DNA of 64,000 bases from Octopus vulgaris (GCA_951406725.2 OX597820.1:126914001-126978000); one strand, 5' to 3'. Shown: positions 41,451 to 55,023, counted from the first letter of the stretch. Made by a program: numbers and translations. Notes: generated by a model from the letters alone, not told the origin.

Positions 41451-42066
41451 GTGAGTATTTTAATTTTGGCCCACCTGTGTTTCTGAGACGGTGAATTTTA
41501 CATTTAATTCATTTAATTATCTTACAACCGTTTTATTATTTCCATATCTATTCATCAACTGGCCCCTTGCCGTTTATAATTGGTGGCTAATTGTTGTTTA
41601 AACGAGATACAAAATGAAGTGCAGAACAATCACAGATACAAGCATTCAAATATTTCCCAATCACACACATACATACACATACACAAACAAATTTGGAATG
41701 ATCTCAGATTTTATCTTCAGAGTTGTGTTTCCATTACACACGCATGGAAACGTTTCCATTACGCACACACACACACATTCCCACAAACACACACACAGAC
41801 ACGCACACGCACACACACACAAACATTCACATACCTCCCTTTTTCATATACACATGTATGCACATATACTCTCACAGAGTTGAATGCCTCTCTTTTACTT
41901 TATTCGCCCCTTCCTTTCTCATTCATATGTTGAGAACAGAAGATACACTTCGCGTTCCTCTTTCTCAAACGGTCATTACTTTCTCTTAATCTCTCAGTCA
42001 TGGCTATTACTCTTTCCGCCTCTCCTTCACTATATTACTTTTTTCACTCTTCTCCCTTCACTGATA

Positions 42067-42114
<48 letters not shown>

Positions 42115-42234
42115 GCCGTCCTACAGTTTGTAGAAGGCTATTTTGTAAACAAAAGATTTGTTTTTATTTTAATTTTTATTTTCGTTTAATTTTACTATAT
42201 TTATTAAGTTTAAATAAGGACATTTATATGTATA

Positions 42235-42625
42235 CTAGCAGTATCGCCCGGCGTTGCTCGGGTTTGTTTCGACCCTATAGAATTGGAATTTTTGAAAAGT
42301 AAAACTTTTGCATTATGTAGCTTGTTATTCTCTTTAAGTGAACATTTTTCTGGTTGAAATACACCGAAAAATGGCGACACAGCAGTAAAAAAAATCGTAA
42401 AAAATAGGGATTTTCATAGAAAAAAAGCACCTTTTTGATGTGAATAATTTTTGGTGTTAACATGGTCCGATTTTCTTCTACGGAAGGAAGAGCAAGCCTT
42501 CTCCTATCATACTCTTAATTTTGGTCAACTTTCGCCGCAGGGTCTCGGAGGAAGTAGTGTTAGTTGAAGGCTACCAAAGCTGCCATACACAGACAACTTC
42601 AGCTTTATATACATAGAGAGAGAGA
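42235..42625 (-). mobile_element. Non-autonomous Helitron
   Basis: 3' end AAACCCGAGCAACGCCGGGCGATACTGCTAG|T identical to the 3279 element; 5' end TCTATGTATATAAAGCTGAAGTTGT. Confidence 0.88.
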
Positions 42626-43486
42626 TTTTTTCTAGCTTTGAGTATCTGGCGTTCTTGTTATCTTTCATTTATTTGTTCACCTCTGGGCTACGAAAGGTCT
42701 GTGCATATTTTTGTTGGTCGTAATCATTCATACTAGTATGTAATTCCTGATGAGGAATCTAATTTATTTTTAATGAAGAGTTTTTCGTCTTTGTCTTTGG
42801 AGTGAATTAGACTCCGAAACAATGTGTAGAATGTTTGTTGGTTCTCTACCAATTTGGATTTGAATTGAATTAAAGTTCGTCTACACTTACAAATCCTTTC
42901 CTTAAACTTCATTATATATATAATGCATATATGTATGTATATGTATATATTCGTGTTTGTCCCCCTCCCCGCCACTATTGCTTGGCAACCGATGTTGGGG
43001 TGTTTACTCCTCGTAACTTAGCGGTTCGGCAAAAAAGACCGATAGAATGAGTACTAAGCTTACAAAGGATAAGTCCTGGGGTCGATTTGTTAACCTGTGA
43101 TGTTGCAATAAAGTTACGATTGAACGACTTGGAGGCTTGTGGTTTGGTAATTTGGTTTTTCTGGCGGTGGCGAGGATGCAAAAGCTTTCCGTGGGAGAGG
43201 TCTTACGAATTATTTTTCTTTATTCCTTTAGAATTCTCCATTGCTACTGGTAGCTCCCAAGGTTCTGACTTTGTCCAAACCTTTCAAATTTTGGTGTCAT
43301 CTCTGGCAATGGATTAAAGTTTTTCAATTCACAATTGTATAGAAACACCAACAGCAGGAGGCGAGTGGCTTAGTGGTTAGGGTGTTGAACTCATGATCGT
43401 ATGGTTATGGTTTCGATTCCTGGACCGGGCGATGCGTTGTGTTCTTGGAGCAAAACACTTCATTTCACGTTGCTCCAGAAAAAAAT

Positions 43487-43720
43487 AGGCAGTGAGCTGG
43501 CAGAAACGTTAGCACGCCGGGCGAAATGCTTAGCGGCATTTCGTCTGCCATTACGTTCTGAGTTCAAATTCCGCCAAGGTCGACTTTGCCTTTCATCCTT
43601 TCGGGGTCGATAAATTAAGTACCAGTTATGCACTGGGGTCGATATAATCGACTTAATCCGTTTGTCTGTCCTTGTTTGTCCCCTCTATGTTTAGCCCCTT
43701 GTGGGCAATAAAGAAATAAG
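43487..43720 (+). mobile_element. Young full-length SINE family A
   Basis: Near-identical to 12181-12411. Confidence 0.9.
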
Positions 43721-43830
43721 TTTGCTTCCCAACCAAGTGGTTCAGGGTCCAGTCCCACTGCGTAATACCTTGGGCAAGTGCCTTCTGCTATACCCCCAGG
43801 CCGAACCGATCAAAGCCTGAAAGAAGCCCG

Positions 43831-43898
<68 letters not shown>

Positions 43899-44058
43899 GT
43901 ATTTGTGTTTGTCCACCACCACTGCTCGGCAAGCGGTATTGGTTTGTTTACGTTCCTGAAACTTAGCGAATCGGCAAATGGAGACGACAGAATAAGTACT
44001 GAGGACGACTCATTCGACTACAGTCTTTCAATGTGGTGTCCCAACATAGCCATAGTCC

Positions 44059-44287
44059 TATTTCTTTATTACCCATAAGGGGCTAAACACAGAGGAGACA
44101 AACAAGGACAGAGAAACGGATTAAGTCGATTACATCGACCCCAGTGCGTAAATGGTACTTCATTTATCGACCCCGAAAGGATGAAAGACAAAGTCGACCT
44201 CGGCGGAATTTGAACTAAGAACGTAAAGGCAGACGAAATACGGCTATGCATTTCGCCCGGCGTGCTAACGTTTCTGCCAGCTCGCCG
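44059..44287 (-). mobile_element. Young SINE family A nested in a family C SINE tail
   Basis: 19-bp TSD cccaacatagccatagtcc (44040-44058) / cccaacatagccacagtcc (44288-44306). Confidence 0.92.
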
Positions 44288-44969
44288 CCCAACATAGCCA
44301 CAGTCCAATGACTGAAACAGGTAAAAAAAGAAAGATTAAAGATGAATATATTAGAAGGTTTTGGACCTCTAATTTAGAACAACACTTCTCAGGGGTTTCG
44401 TGTTTTTGGGATCAACTGGTATTCTAAGGAGGAATTCTAAAAAAGAAAAAAAAATCTTTACTCTTCATTTAGAAAAAGATTTATTTTCCAATTTTTCTTG
44501 GTTACTGAAGCGTTATGTTTTTTCAGTTTTAAAGATCGTTTTTATATTTTGTAAATATGTTCTGATAGTTGTCGCTTATTCGATAATTAAATTTATACTT
44601 GTTTTAGTTTAGTTTTCGCTTCTATACCGCGAGCTGCAACATGTAAGATATTTGATGAAATACATTAAAGTTTAAATTGTATGCACCTTAATAAGAATAT
44701 AAGCAGCTATACGGTAAGAAACAACAAAAAGGAACCCCAAATACATTGAAAACCAGCTGATTATGATAGGAAACGATGTAAAATATGATAATGATTACAT
44801 GAATCATGTAATATAATACGTCTTAGATGTTGAATTTAACTGATTACAGCCATAAAGGAGCTCCTTATTTAATGATTTATAGCTGTCATATAAACCTCTG
44901 AGGTATATTATACACTACTGCCAGAAAATAAGAGGTTTGTATAGTAACAGACTGTTATTGAACAATGTA

Positions 44970-45900
44970 CGAGGATAGGCTGAAAAGTTCATAGGCTGAC
45001 TCTGAAGGAGAGATGCAAGAGCAGTGAAATCTCGCATGCATTAATTTCCACTCTTCTTATTAATAACTGCACCGGATCTTTCCAGATAAACTGGCATCTG
45101 ACAGTTCAAAGAAGACTTCAAAAGTAACTGACAGCAACAGCAGATATGATGTCATCATCCCAGCGATCCTGGTTCCCGGCTAAGTGTTTCTTCATGCTGG
45201 GGGAACAGATGAGAGTCAGTAAGGGCCAAATGAGGTGAATAGGGAGTTCAAAGCCATGGCCACACACAGCAACCACTGGAACCAAGGGCTTGTGTTGTGA
45301 ATCTTTGTCTTGATGAAACAAGACCCTTTTCGTGATCAATGTCTTCCTCGGTGGCGGCAGTTGCAGGACGCCCAGACCCTGGGTCATCTTCGGACTCTTC
45401 CTTCCCCTCCTGGATACAGCTGCCCACAGTTGCATAGTTGATAAAGCTGGTGCATCATCCCCTAATGTAGCAACCATGTCAGCATGAATGTCCTTGGGGG
45501 CTAAACCGATTTTCTGCACATATTTAATAACCCCACGATGGCAAATATCGTCTATTTGATCTTTAAAATCGATTTCTTTGGTAGAGTAACTCTTCCTTTA
45601 CACAAAAGTATTGCTCAACATAGTCTCCACCACAATGTGCTTCATTGAATCTTCATTCAAAAATAACGTGTGCACTCATGTACCCACTCCTTCACAGCTA
45701 CTTTCACTTCATGTGTGTTATCAAATCGTTGTTCCCGAAGACTCTCCTTCATGGACTGAACAGGTGGAAATCAGAAGGTACCAGATCCGGGCTGTACAGT
45801 AGATAGAAACCACTGATTAGAACAATTTGCCGATTGCCCGATTAGTTGCCAAAGATATGTATAGTCGTGCATTGTCATGGTGACTGTGAATCGTTTTCAG
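44970..45900 (-). mobile_element. Mariner remnants (a deletion derivative plus a second C-terminal fragment)
   Basis: TIR TA|CGAGGATAGGCTGAAAAGTTC; KDIHADMVATLGDDAPALSTMQLW (HTH); second fragment LYSPDLVPSDFHLF at ~45750-45800. Confidence 0.8.
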
Positions 45901-45959
45901 ATTCGATTTTCGTGTTCGATTTCTTCCTTCTAATAGCTTCCCTATTCTGTCTAAATCAG

Positions 45960-46203
45960 CGGTGTGGTTGTCAACCATTTTTTTTGCCTATTTGGACCCC
46001 TTTCATTCCTATTTTACTCTACAGGACCCTTATAGCCATCCGAAGTTTAAATAAAATCCTATTCTATTTTCATAACTGAATATTATTAGGAATTGTATTT
46101 AAATAAATTGTAAAATATTTTATGTATTGTGAAAATATAACCAATTCATTGCACATAGTTTTTAACATTAAAATCTTATATGGACCCCAGTTGAAAACCA
46201 TTT
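45960..46203. mobile_element. hAT/Charlie-like MITE, diverged
   Basis: tggttgtcaacc..ggacccc start and ggaccccagttgaaaacca end. Confidence 0.55.
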
Positions 46204-46682
46204 GTCCAAATGTACCGTTTGCTGTTTTCATGGAGCAACCATATTCCTAAAACCTTCACCATGACTTTCTATGCTTATCATTGGCTCTAGAACTCCTCTG
46301 GGCCTTGTAACTGGTTAACTGGTCCTGACACCAAGTTATTGAGTTAGCTACTGTCTTCGAAAAGCTATTTAATATTTCTCACCCTTCGTAGGTCCTGCTG
46401 AAGCGTATTAGTATATTCTCCCTCTACAGGTGACGTATCCAAGTATCTGATTCCCTGAACTAACAAGCTACGTGACACCCCTATCCATCCGATCCACCCA
46501 CGCTAAACACTTTTCTCGGTTCTTTCCTCCACTACAACTGCAATCTTCCGAAACACATTTCCTTCTATTCCCGTTCTTGTAGCTTTAAATTACTCCCACT
46601 TCATCCCGGTCTACCTTCAGTGAGTAGACCTGTGATTAAAGGTGTTCCAACCATGACTGTCTCGTGTGCGCGTGTGTATAAT

Positions 46683-46727
<45 letters not shown>

Positions 46728-48764
46728 TACATTGTCTTATGTGTCCTGCATTCTTTAAAAGACGACGGTGGAAGGAAATGGACTACGATTTCTGGCTGGC
46801 CAAACAACTACATAAAGCAGGTATGGGCAACCTTTGTCGGGAGGCGGGCCGTATAAGACATGACTCATCATCAGGCGGGCTACAGTTTGGCCAGGATTGT
46901 TATAAAAGTTCCTCTTTCATTGGTTCATCTTGTCGTTTTTTAGCAAGCATCAATGTACAGAAGGTCAAGATCAAACAACAACAACAACATTAATTTTAAC
47001 AGTCTTTGAAGTCCTTCAACTATCAGAGCCACTGCGTAACTCCTCTGATTAAAGTGAAAACATTATTAAATCGCAGTTGCTTACGATATACCAAATATTC
47101 TTTTCGTTGCTATATTTTCAGCGCTGTACAACGTCTCTTGAACTTAACAAGTGTTGACTATTTTCTCTCTGGCTTTAGATTCTTATTTCAAGGTTAGAAA
47201 TCAAGCTATTCGGTAATCAGTAACTAAATTGTAAGTTTCCAAGTCTATTTTGTCTGTTATTTTCTCGCAGATCAATATTTACTCTTCTCATTTCGTATGC
47301 AGCTCATGTTATGTTATTCTATGTTGGATGAAGGAAAAATATTTATGATTAGTTTTCTTCATACTTTTCATTCCTATTTCTTTTTTTCTTTTTCTCTTTC
47401 TTCTCCTCGACGAACTAAGACACTTAACGTTTGGGAGACGAAATTTAAAAGAGAGAGAGAGAGAGATTGGAGAGGTTTTATAATAAGAACAGGAATAATG
47501 ACGATTTAATTTCAAAGTGTCGTGCTTAAAATCTTAAGTTAGTGAATTTTGATCCAATAAATGTCTCGGAAACTCCGAAGCATTAGCAATAACGTGTGCT
47601 TGGCTCCAATTTGCTCATTCCGAAATAAATCTCTTTTTGGATAAAACGGCAGTCGAATAACATGTGGTATTCCAAGAAGATATTCCTGACAGCAAAGTGA
47701 TGTAGAACTTAGCATTCTGCATTAATTCCAAGAAAAGTTTTTCGGTGATCGTCTTCTCAGTAATTTTAGTTTTCATTTTTCCAAGAGATGGCAGCACGAT
47801 CGATTAGAGAAGACGATTGACAGGTCTTGGTGAAAGAAAAGATCGCTTCTCAATAACTTCAGTTTCAATTTCATAGAAGAGTCAGCCGGAAAATGTTATT
47901 CTAATAGGTGCAGGTATGGCTGTGAGGTAAAAAATTGATTTCCAACCACATGGTTCCGGGTTCAGTCCCATTGCATGATATCTTCTTCTATGACCCAGGG
48001 TCCACCAGAACCTGATGATTGGATTTGGTAGACGGAAATAGAAACAAGCCCGTTGTGCGTGTATGTGTGTGTGTGTGCGTGCGTAATGTATGTATATACA
48101 TATGTGTGTGTGTGTGTGTGTATGCATATCTATATGTATCTATATGCGTGTGTATTTTTGTCTGTCTCCAACCACTTCTTGGCAACCGGTATTGATTTCT
48201 TTGCGTTCCCGTGACTTAGCGGTTCGGCAAAATCGAAAACGGAATAAGAACCAGGCTTCAAAACTAAGTCCTGAGGCCGTAGTCTGATGACTGAAACAAG
48301 AGATAAAGGATAGAAGATAGGGATCGGTGAACTCTTAGAGGGATATATTCGGTTTTGCTTTGGGGTTTCTATCATATTCTCGTCTGCACAAAACATTTTA
48401 ATGTAACAATATGTGTTTTCCAGTCATTTTTTATAGATTAAAGTGTGCAGGTAAGTGAGTGAATAAGATATTCGTGAAACTGATACGTGCGTGTAATATA
48501 TATATTCTTTTATTCTTTTATTTGTTTCAGTCATTTGAGTGTGGCCATGCTGAAGCACCGCCTTTAGTCGAACAAATCGACCGCATTACTTATTCCTTTA
48601 TAAGCTTAGTACTTATTCTATCGGTCTCTTTGCCGAGCCGCTAAGTTACGGGGACGTAAACACACCAACATCGGTTGTCAAGCGACGGTGGGAGGACAAA
48701 TACAGACACACAAACATACATACATACATACATACATACATACATACATACATACATACATACA

Positions 48765-48800
<36 letters not shown>

Positions 48801-49265
48801 TATATGACAAAGCTTTGGTCAGCCCGAGGCTATTGTAGAAGACACATGCCCAAGGTGCCACACAGTGGGACTGAACCCGGAACTATGTGGTTGGTAAGCA
48901 AGCTACTTAACACACAGCCACTCCTGCACCCTACGTATATATATATATATATATACGCACACACACACACACACACATATATATGTAGATTCAGATGAAT
49001 ATGGTACTGTAGTTGAGGCACCAGAATTTAGTACGGTATTATCCATACAATTTCAAAGCAAGGTGATTAAAATCACAATAACCAACAAGAATATCCAGAG
49101 GTAATGCAGTACGATCGTTTCATGCAACGCCATTTAATTGAACAATGCAATCATTACATCAATTTAAAATGCAGTTCAATCTATCTCCTTAACTTCTTGG
49201 AGATTTTAGGTAAAATTATATTAATATGTCCATCTGTTCTAATTTAATTAAATTCTATGTCTTTG

Positions 49266-49352
49266 TGCAGCTGAAGATTGCTCTACATTTTAAACTGATG
49301 TAATGATTGCATTGTTCAATTAACTGGAGTTGCATGAAACGATCGTACTGCA
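49266..49352 (+). ncRNA. Type I hammerhead motif within the inverted-repeat element 48990-49385
   Basis: TGCAG CTGAAGA TTGC..GCAT GAAAC GATC GTA CTGCA; degraded inverted copy at ~49105-49190. Confidence 0.72.
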
Positions 49353-49486
49353 TTACCTCTGGATATCCTTGTTGCTTATTTTGATATATATATATATATA
49401 TATATACATATATATACCGGAGTAAACACATAAATGTGAAACAAGGTGGAAAAAGAGTACTCAAATACCAGTGGTAGAGTAATATG

Positions 49487-49628
49487 CTTTATTTAAAGCA
49501 GCAGAAAATTCACAAAATCTGTTACTCTGAGTTTCTCATTGCCGTTCATCAGACAAACTGTCTAATGAACGGCAACGAGAAACTCAGAGCAACAGATTTT
49601 GTTGAATTTTCTGCTGCTTTAAATAAAG
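49487..49628. ncRNA. Palindrome formed by two divergent hammerhead motifs
   Basis: Minus 49519-49556: TGT CTGATGA ACGGCAATGA GAAAC TCAGA GTA ACAG; plus 49558-49595: CTGT CTAATGA ACGGCAACGA GAAAC TCAGA GCA ACAG. Confidence 0.68.
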
Positions 49629-49633
49629 TATAC

Positions 49634-49704
<71 letters not shown>

Positions 49705-49706
<2 letters not shown>

Positions 49707-50085
49707 TCGTCATCGTGATATAAAATGTCCTTTGCTATGTCGTACGTAACGAACGCACCAACACACACAGAGACACATACACACTCATATACAAAATGTG
49801 TCGTCGTCGTCTTTTACTATCTCGTACGTAACGAGCGCGCAAGCACACACATACACACTCATACAAAAAATGTGACGTCGCCTCGGTATAAAATGTCCTT
49901 TACTCTAGTTGACCATAGAAAGATTATTTGAGTTAAAATGTTATATTGTTTTAATCCAAATGAAAATTGAAATTACATGATGACAATCGCGGAGTCTAAT
50001 ACTATGACCTTGTAAAATTTGATTTGATTTAGTGGAATCGTTTGAGAATGCATAGGGAACAGACAGACAGACAAAGAATTATATA
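49705..50085 (-). mobile_element. Helitron/DINE-like 5' portion
   Basis: Minus strand (TGTC)n followed by TTCTCAAACGATTCCACTAAATCAAATCAAATTTT, reminiscent of Helitron-N 5' cores; 3' terminus not found. Confidence 0.4.
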
Positions 50086-50093
50086 TATATGTG

Positions 50094-50187
<94 letters not shown>

Positions 50188-50559
50188 CTCACTCACAAAC
50201 ATAAGTATAATCTCGAAAATGTGTATGTGTGTGTGTGCGTAATGTGTGTATGTTTGTATGTATATGCGTATGTGATGATTATGTGTGTGTATTTACATAC
50301 AAACATACATACATACATACATACATACATACATACATACATACATACATACATACATACATACATACATAGGTGTAGGGATCCCTTTCTTTAAAGGAAG
50401 AGGCAAAGGAATTGCTTCGCCCCAAATTTTACAGAAATAAAAACACAAATCCTAATTTATAATGAAAATGTCTTTTTATCTATCGACAGCTGACACAGGT
50501 CACACAATGCATAGCTTAAAAGTAATACTATTTCGTAACAGCCAAAATATCAGTATTTT

Positions 50560-50870
50560 GTCCACATTTCAACCCGGCATGTGTTCGATCAATATTTGAT
50601 ATTGTCACACTGTGTAATCATGTTTGTCCCTTGTGGCCTTCAAATATTCTTTCATTCATCTGAGTCCATTAAAGAAGCGTTTTACAGAACACGTTGTAAC
50701 AGGAATAGTTGCGAAGATACTAGCAATTTTGTCCACAAGTTGCACTCTGCCATAATAATCGTTCTTCTAAATTGTTTCACTATACCAACTACAATCGCCT
50801 GTGAACTGATGAATACTTTTAGCCAGCGACAAATTTCGTGTGGATTCCTTTTTACCCTTTAAGAGATCCA
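50560..50870 (-). pseudogene. hAT transposase C-terminal dimerisation domain remnant
   Basis: KIASIFATIPVTTCSVKRFFNGLR*MKEYLKAT resembles the hATC ..PVTS.S.ERSFS.L..IK.YLR motif; probable continuation at 51380-51920 beyond the RTE insert. Confidence 0.65.
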
Positions 50871-50882
50871 GATCATTACCAT

Positions 50883-51368
50883 CATCATCATCATTGTTCG
50901 ACCGTGGTTGAGACAATGGAATTTACTATGTTACGCCAGACTTCACGGTCCATCATAGCATTACAGAGGTCCTGTTGCTGGATGCCTGTATCCCTGGAGA
51001 TTACATCAGGATAGGAGAGTGTGCGCCCTCTGGTATCGTGAGTAGATGACTTCCAGAGGAGAAGAGCAGAAATTACCTCGTTTTCAGCTCTACAACAATG
51101 TCCAGCGAACTGGACTCTTCTACCTTTCACAAGAGATGATACAGGTGGTAGTTTTCCATATAGTTGTACTTTGGTTGGATGACGCTTCCATTAGAGATTT
51201 TGAGCTCTCATAAGGAAGCGAGTGTAAGTTCCATCCAACCGCCTCTCAAGCTTCTTTGATAACGTCCAGGTTTTCTGAGCCATATAGTAGAATTGGTTCG
51301 ACTGTGGCTTTGAAGATTTATATATCTTGAAGATTTATATATCATTTCTATATTTTGAAGGTTTATAT
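50883..51368 (-). mobile_element. 5'-truncated RTE-like LINE with (TGA)n tail
   Basis: FKATVEPILLYG..WTLSKKLERRLDGTYTR..FAGHCCRA..DREVWRNIV; 11-bp TSD atcattaccat at 50872-50882 and 51369-51379. Confidence 0.85.
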
Positions 51369-51929
51369 ATCATTACCATAATGTAATACAATAAGTTGAT
51401 AGCGCTAATCGGAACCATCTGGATTATCGGGAATAAGGATAATATAACCATGTAGTTAAAGTAATGTTTTGGCCATTATCATTAAACTGTGATTCCATTT
51501 TCACAATAGCATAACGTTGAAATAACAGGTATCTTTTGGAAGACTTTAGCAACTTGACTGTGTAACACTTTCAGATTAGTGATACGGTTGTGGGAACGAA
51601 ATCTGTTCTCTGGTATATGCGAAATCAGTAATGAAGTACTTGGAAGAAACTATACCAAAATGTAGAGGAAAAGTATGGTACTAAGTTTAGAAGACATAGG
51701 GTTAGTGGGGGAAAAATTTGTCGGCTGTTTTATAATTTGGACACAATCCTCCTGAACAATTTGCATCAAATCCTGAATTTTCAAAGACGAGCTGCTCAAA
51801 ATCCTCATTTTCAATATTATGGTCATTTAGAAACAACAGCATAACGGATATATTTTACAAAGACCGCCACACATGAGTTTCAGTTTCAAAACATGCCACC
51901 CAGCTCATATAAAGCATAACATTCCATTT

Positions 51930-52400
51930 TGTCTAGCTAGTAAAATTTGTTGATGATGTAAGTAGCAGAGAAAAGAGACTTGCAGAAGTCAAAGGATTTC
52001 TACTCAAATAAAAGTATCCACCAATACTTATACGAAATGGTATTGATCGAGCAAAATGTATACCTACAGAACAACTGCAAGCAACTCTACAAGAGGAAAT
52101 GCAAAGCCAAGCTATAAAACTTCTGTAGCGACTCGTAATCCATATAACCATAAATATTTCTATTGTCACCATAACAATTTTGTAGATTGTCAGATTGTGG
52201 TAAATGATTTAAGCACAATTGAAAGCTTGTTCAAAGCAAACGATAATCGAATAATTTGAAATAATTGTTGACAAAGATAAAGTTTGAACTAACAGACAAT
52301 ACCACCTTTAAGATAACCAAGGGCAATGATAAATGTGGTACATATCCTGGTCATTATATCAACACAAAGGTCAGAAAACAAGTATTGATTTATCAAAATA
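51930..52400 (+). mobile_element. Penelope-like RT C-terminal fragment, decayed
   Basis: LAEVKGFLLK*KYPPILIRNGIDRAKCIP resembles the PLE L..L...L....YP...I...I.RA motif. Confidence 0.55.
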
Positions 52401-52628
52401 CTTTTACTTTTGGACAGGTTATTAAGTTTTCCTTTCTGTTTATTCTAACTGTCAAATTTAACCCGAACACTGTACATGGTTGAACTCATATGCACGATTT
52501 ATTTGTCGAATATATGTTACACAAACCCATGTAGAGAGAGCGTTTCACTCACTCCATCGAGTTTATTAAACGTGCTTTCATTCTGCTATGTTCGTTGTAA
52601 GCTGTTCTACTTACTACGATGCTCTGTT

Positions 52629-52667
<39 letters not shown>

Positions 52668-52936
52668 GTCGTCGTTATTTTACTAAATTGGCTGATTAGA
52701 GTCTTATTAGAATATTTTTATTTTTTTCAAGAATTCTGTTAAATAATCAGTTTATAACTTACATGGTTCTTCAGAATGAAAAAAAAAATAAGCAATTCAT
52801 AATTTCTCTATGCTCGTAAAACTTGTGTGTAGGCGTGTTTTTGTGGCAACACATGAAAAGATTGTGGAATTGCTAATCTAAGATATCAGTAAGGCTTCTT
52901 CATATAAGAATAAATGTGCATGTTTGACGCGTATTA

Positions 52937-53007
<71 letters not shown>

Positions 53008-53149
53008 CGTATGTACAGCCGCCTAAGAATCCATAAGTCAGAAAAAGCATGCACTTGTATCTTTGTCATTTTGGGTGGATATATTAATCAACGTCTACAG
53101 TATTTTAGATTCATTTAAGCCGATCTTACCGATCGTTTTGTCACTGAAC

Positions 53150-53620
53150 ATTAGCTAACCGGATATTAAATAACACTGCAATTAATTAACTCCATGCGTT
53201 CTTCAACGATAGCAGGTATGGAAAAATATGGTGACTGCTAAGTGGCGTCTGCTCAATGGCGTCTGCTCAATGGCGTCTGCTCAATGGCGTCTGCTCAATG
53301 GCGTCTGCTCAATGGCGACTGCTCTTTGTCATAGAAAAATGCCAAGTTTCTGATTTACCCACCAGTCTCTTGCTACTTTAAAGCTATCTCAAATAATTTG
53401 GAGCCAAGAGGCATAATTCTTGGTAAATCTATCGCACATTCACCTCTCACAACTTCTTTTCATCTTTTTTCCATTGCACCCACAAACCGTATACAAGTCG
53501 TATGACATTTCTTACCTCAAGTAACAGGGGAGCAGTCACCATATTTCTCCATACCTGCTATCTCTGAAGAGCACTTGATGTTAGTTAACCACACAATTAT
53601 GTAGTAAGCGGTTATCTAAT
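53150..53620. mobile_element. Long-TIR foldback element with internal 14-bp tandem repeat
   Basis: gatagcaggtatggaaaaatatggtgactgct / agcagtcaccatatttctccatacctgctatc, with imperfect pairing extending outward ~90 bp; tggcgtctgctcaa x5 at 53243-53325. Confidence 0.75.
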
Positions 53621-53681
53621 ACCCAATGTGAAATTGATTGGTAAGATCGTCAACAATGGCTCAAAAATACTGAACACTTTG

Positions 53682-53713
<32 letters not shown>

Positions 53714-53836
53714 CTTATATACACACACATACAATATGTGTGTATGTGTGTGAGCGTATGTATGTATGTGTGTGTATATAAATATATATATACATACATA
53801 TATATATATACACACACACGTATGTATGCATGAATG

Positions 53837-53867
<31 letters not shown>

Positions 53868-54093
53868 TAAAATATTAGGGAATAAATCCAAACTTACAGG
53901 GAAAATTCAGATTTAGGATTAAATCCAATTTTATAGTATAAATATATTATATTATATTAAATTAGAGATAAAACCACTATTAAGCAAATCAAACAGTGAA
54001 AAACATAAGCCAATACATAAAATTAATTTAATTTATATTATTTTAAATATATATCAAAAGTATTAAAAGTTTAATAAAAGATAAAGAGTAAAA

Positions 54094-54186
54094 CACTACG
54101 ATCGTTTCATGGCTGTACCAATTCGAATAACAATAATTTAAATTCAATTAATAATTCAAGTTATGGTTACAGTCAATCTTCAGGTT
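54094..54186 (-). ncRNA. Type I hammerhead motif in an AT-rich TA-embedded element (53865-54890)
   Basis: Minus strand: AAC CTGAAGA TTGACTGTAACC..GGTACAGCCAT GAAAC GATC GTA GTG; stem I weak. Confidence 0.62.
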
Positions 54187-55023
54187 AATTGAAATATTTA
54201 AAAAATAATCAGAAATATTTAAACAATATTTTAAAGATATAAATAATATAATAATTTTACTTATAATAAACTCTATTATCAAACTAGAAACATAAAACTT
54301 AACAATTATGATTATATCAAAATCGACTATAATGTTAAATATTAATTTTAATTTATAAGGTAGGAAACCCACCAATAATCTAATATCGGTAATAATCTAT
54401 ATCTAATTACATAAATATTTTAAAATGACTATTATATATAAATTATCAATGAAAATATATAAATGTATATAAATATTATAATTAAGATCTAAAATAATCT
54501 CTATAAATAAATATATATGCACATATATAAAAACCTAATAAATTAATTTTTCGTATTTAAAGATGAAATAGCTAATTTCAAAAATACAAATAAACAAACT
54601 TAAACGAACTTTCGGAAATCTTATGTAAAATACTTATAGAAATAATCAATTCGTAGTAATATAGTATCGAATAAATACTATAAATACTATAAATATAATT
54701 ATCAATGGGAATAACTAGCGAATATCAATTTAAAAAGACAATAACTAATTTATGCTATTAAATTAGACATGGCCTGGACCAATCTTTAGTCGAAACATAT
54801 CTAAGTTTATCAAAGTTTATCTAATTTAATTATAAGAAATTTAAAACTACAATTAATACTATTAAAACATGTATATACAAAATATATATATATTATATAC
54901 CGTACTGTCTGTGGAGATATATTGTAGTAAAAGAATTAGTAGTTTGACTGCTATTTCTAAATTGATTATAGCCTCTTTATTACAGTAAACTAATGTTAGC
55001 CTTCGAAGCATATCGTTATACTC

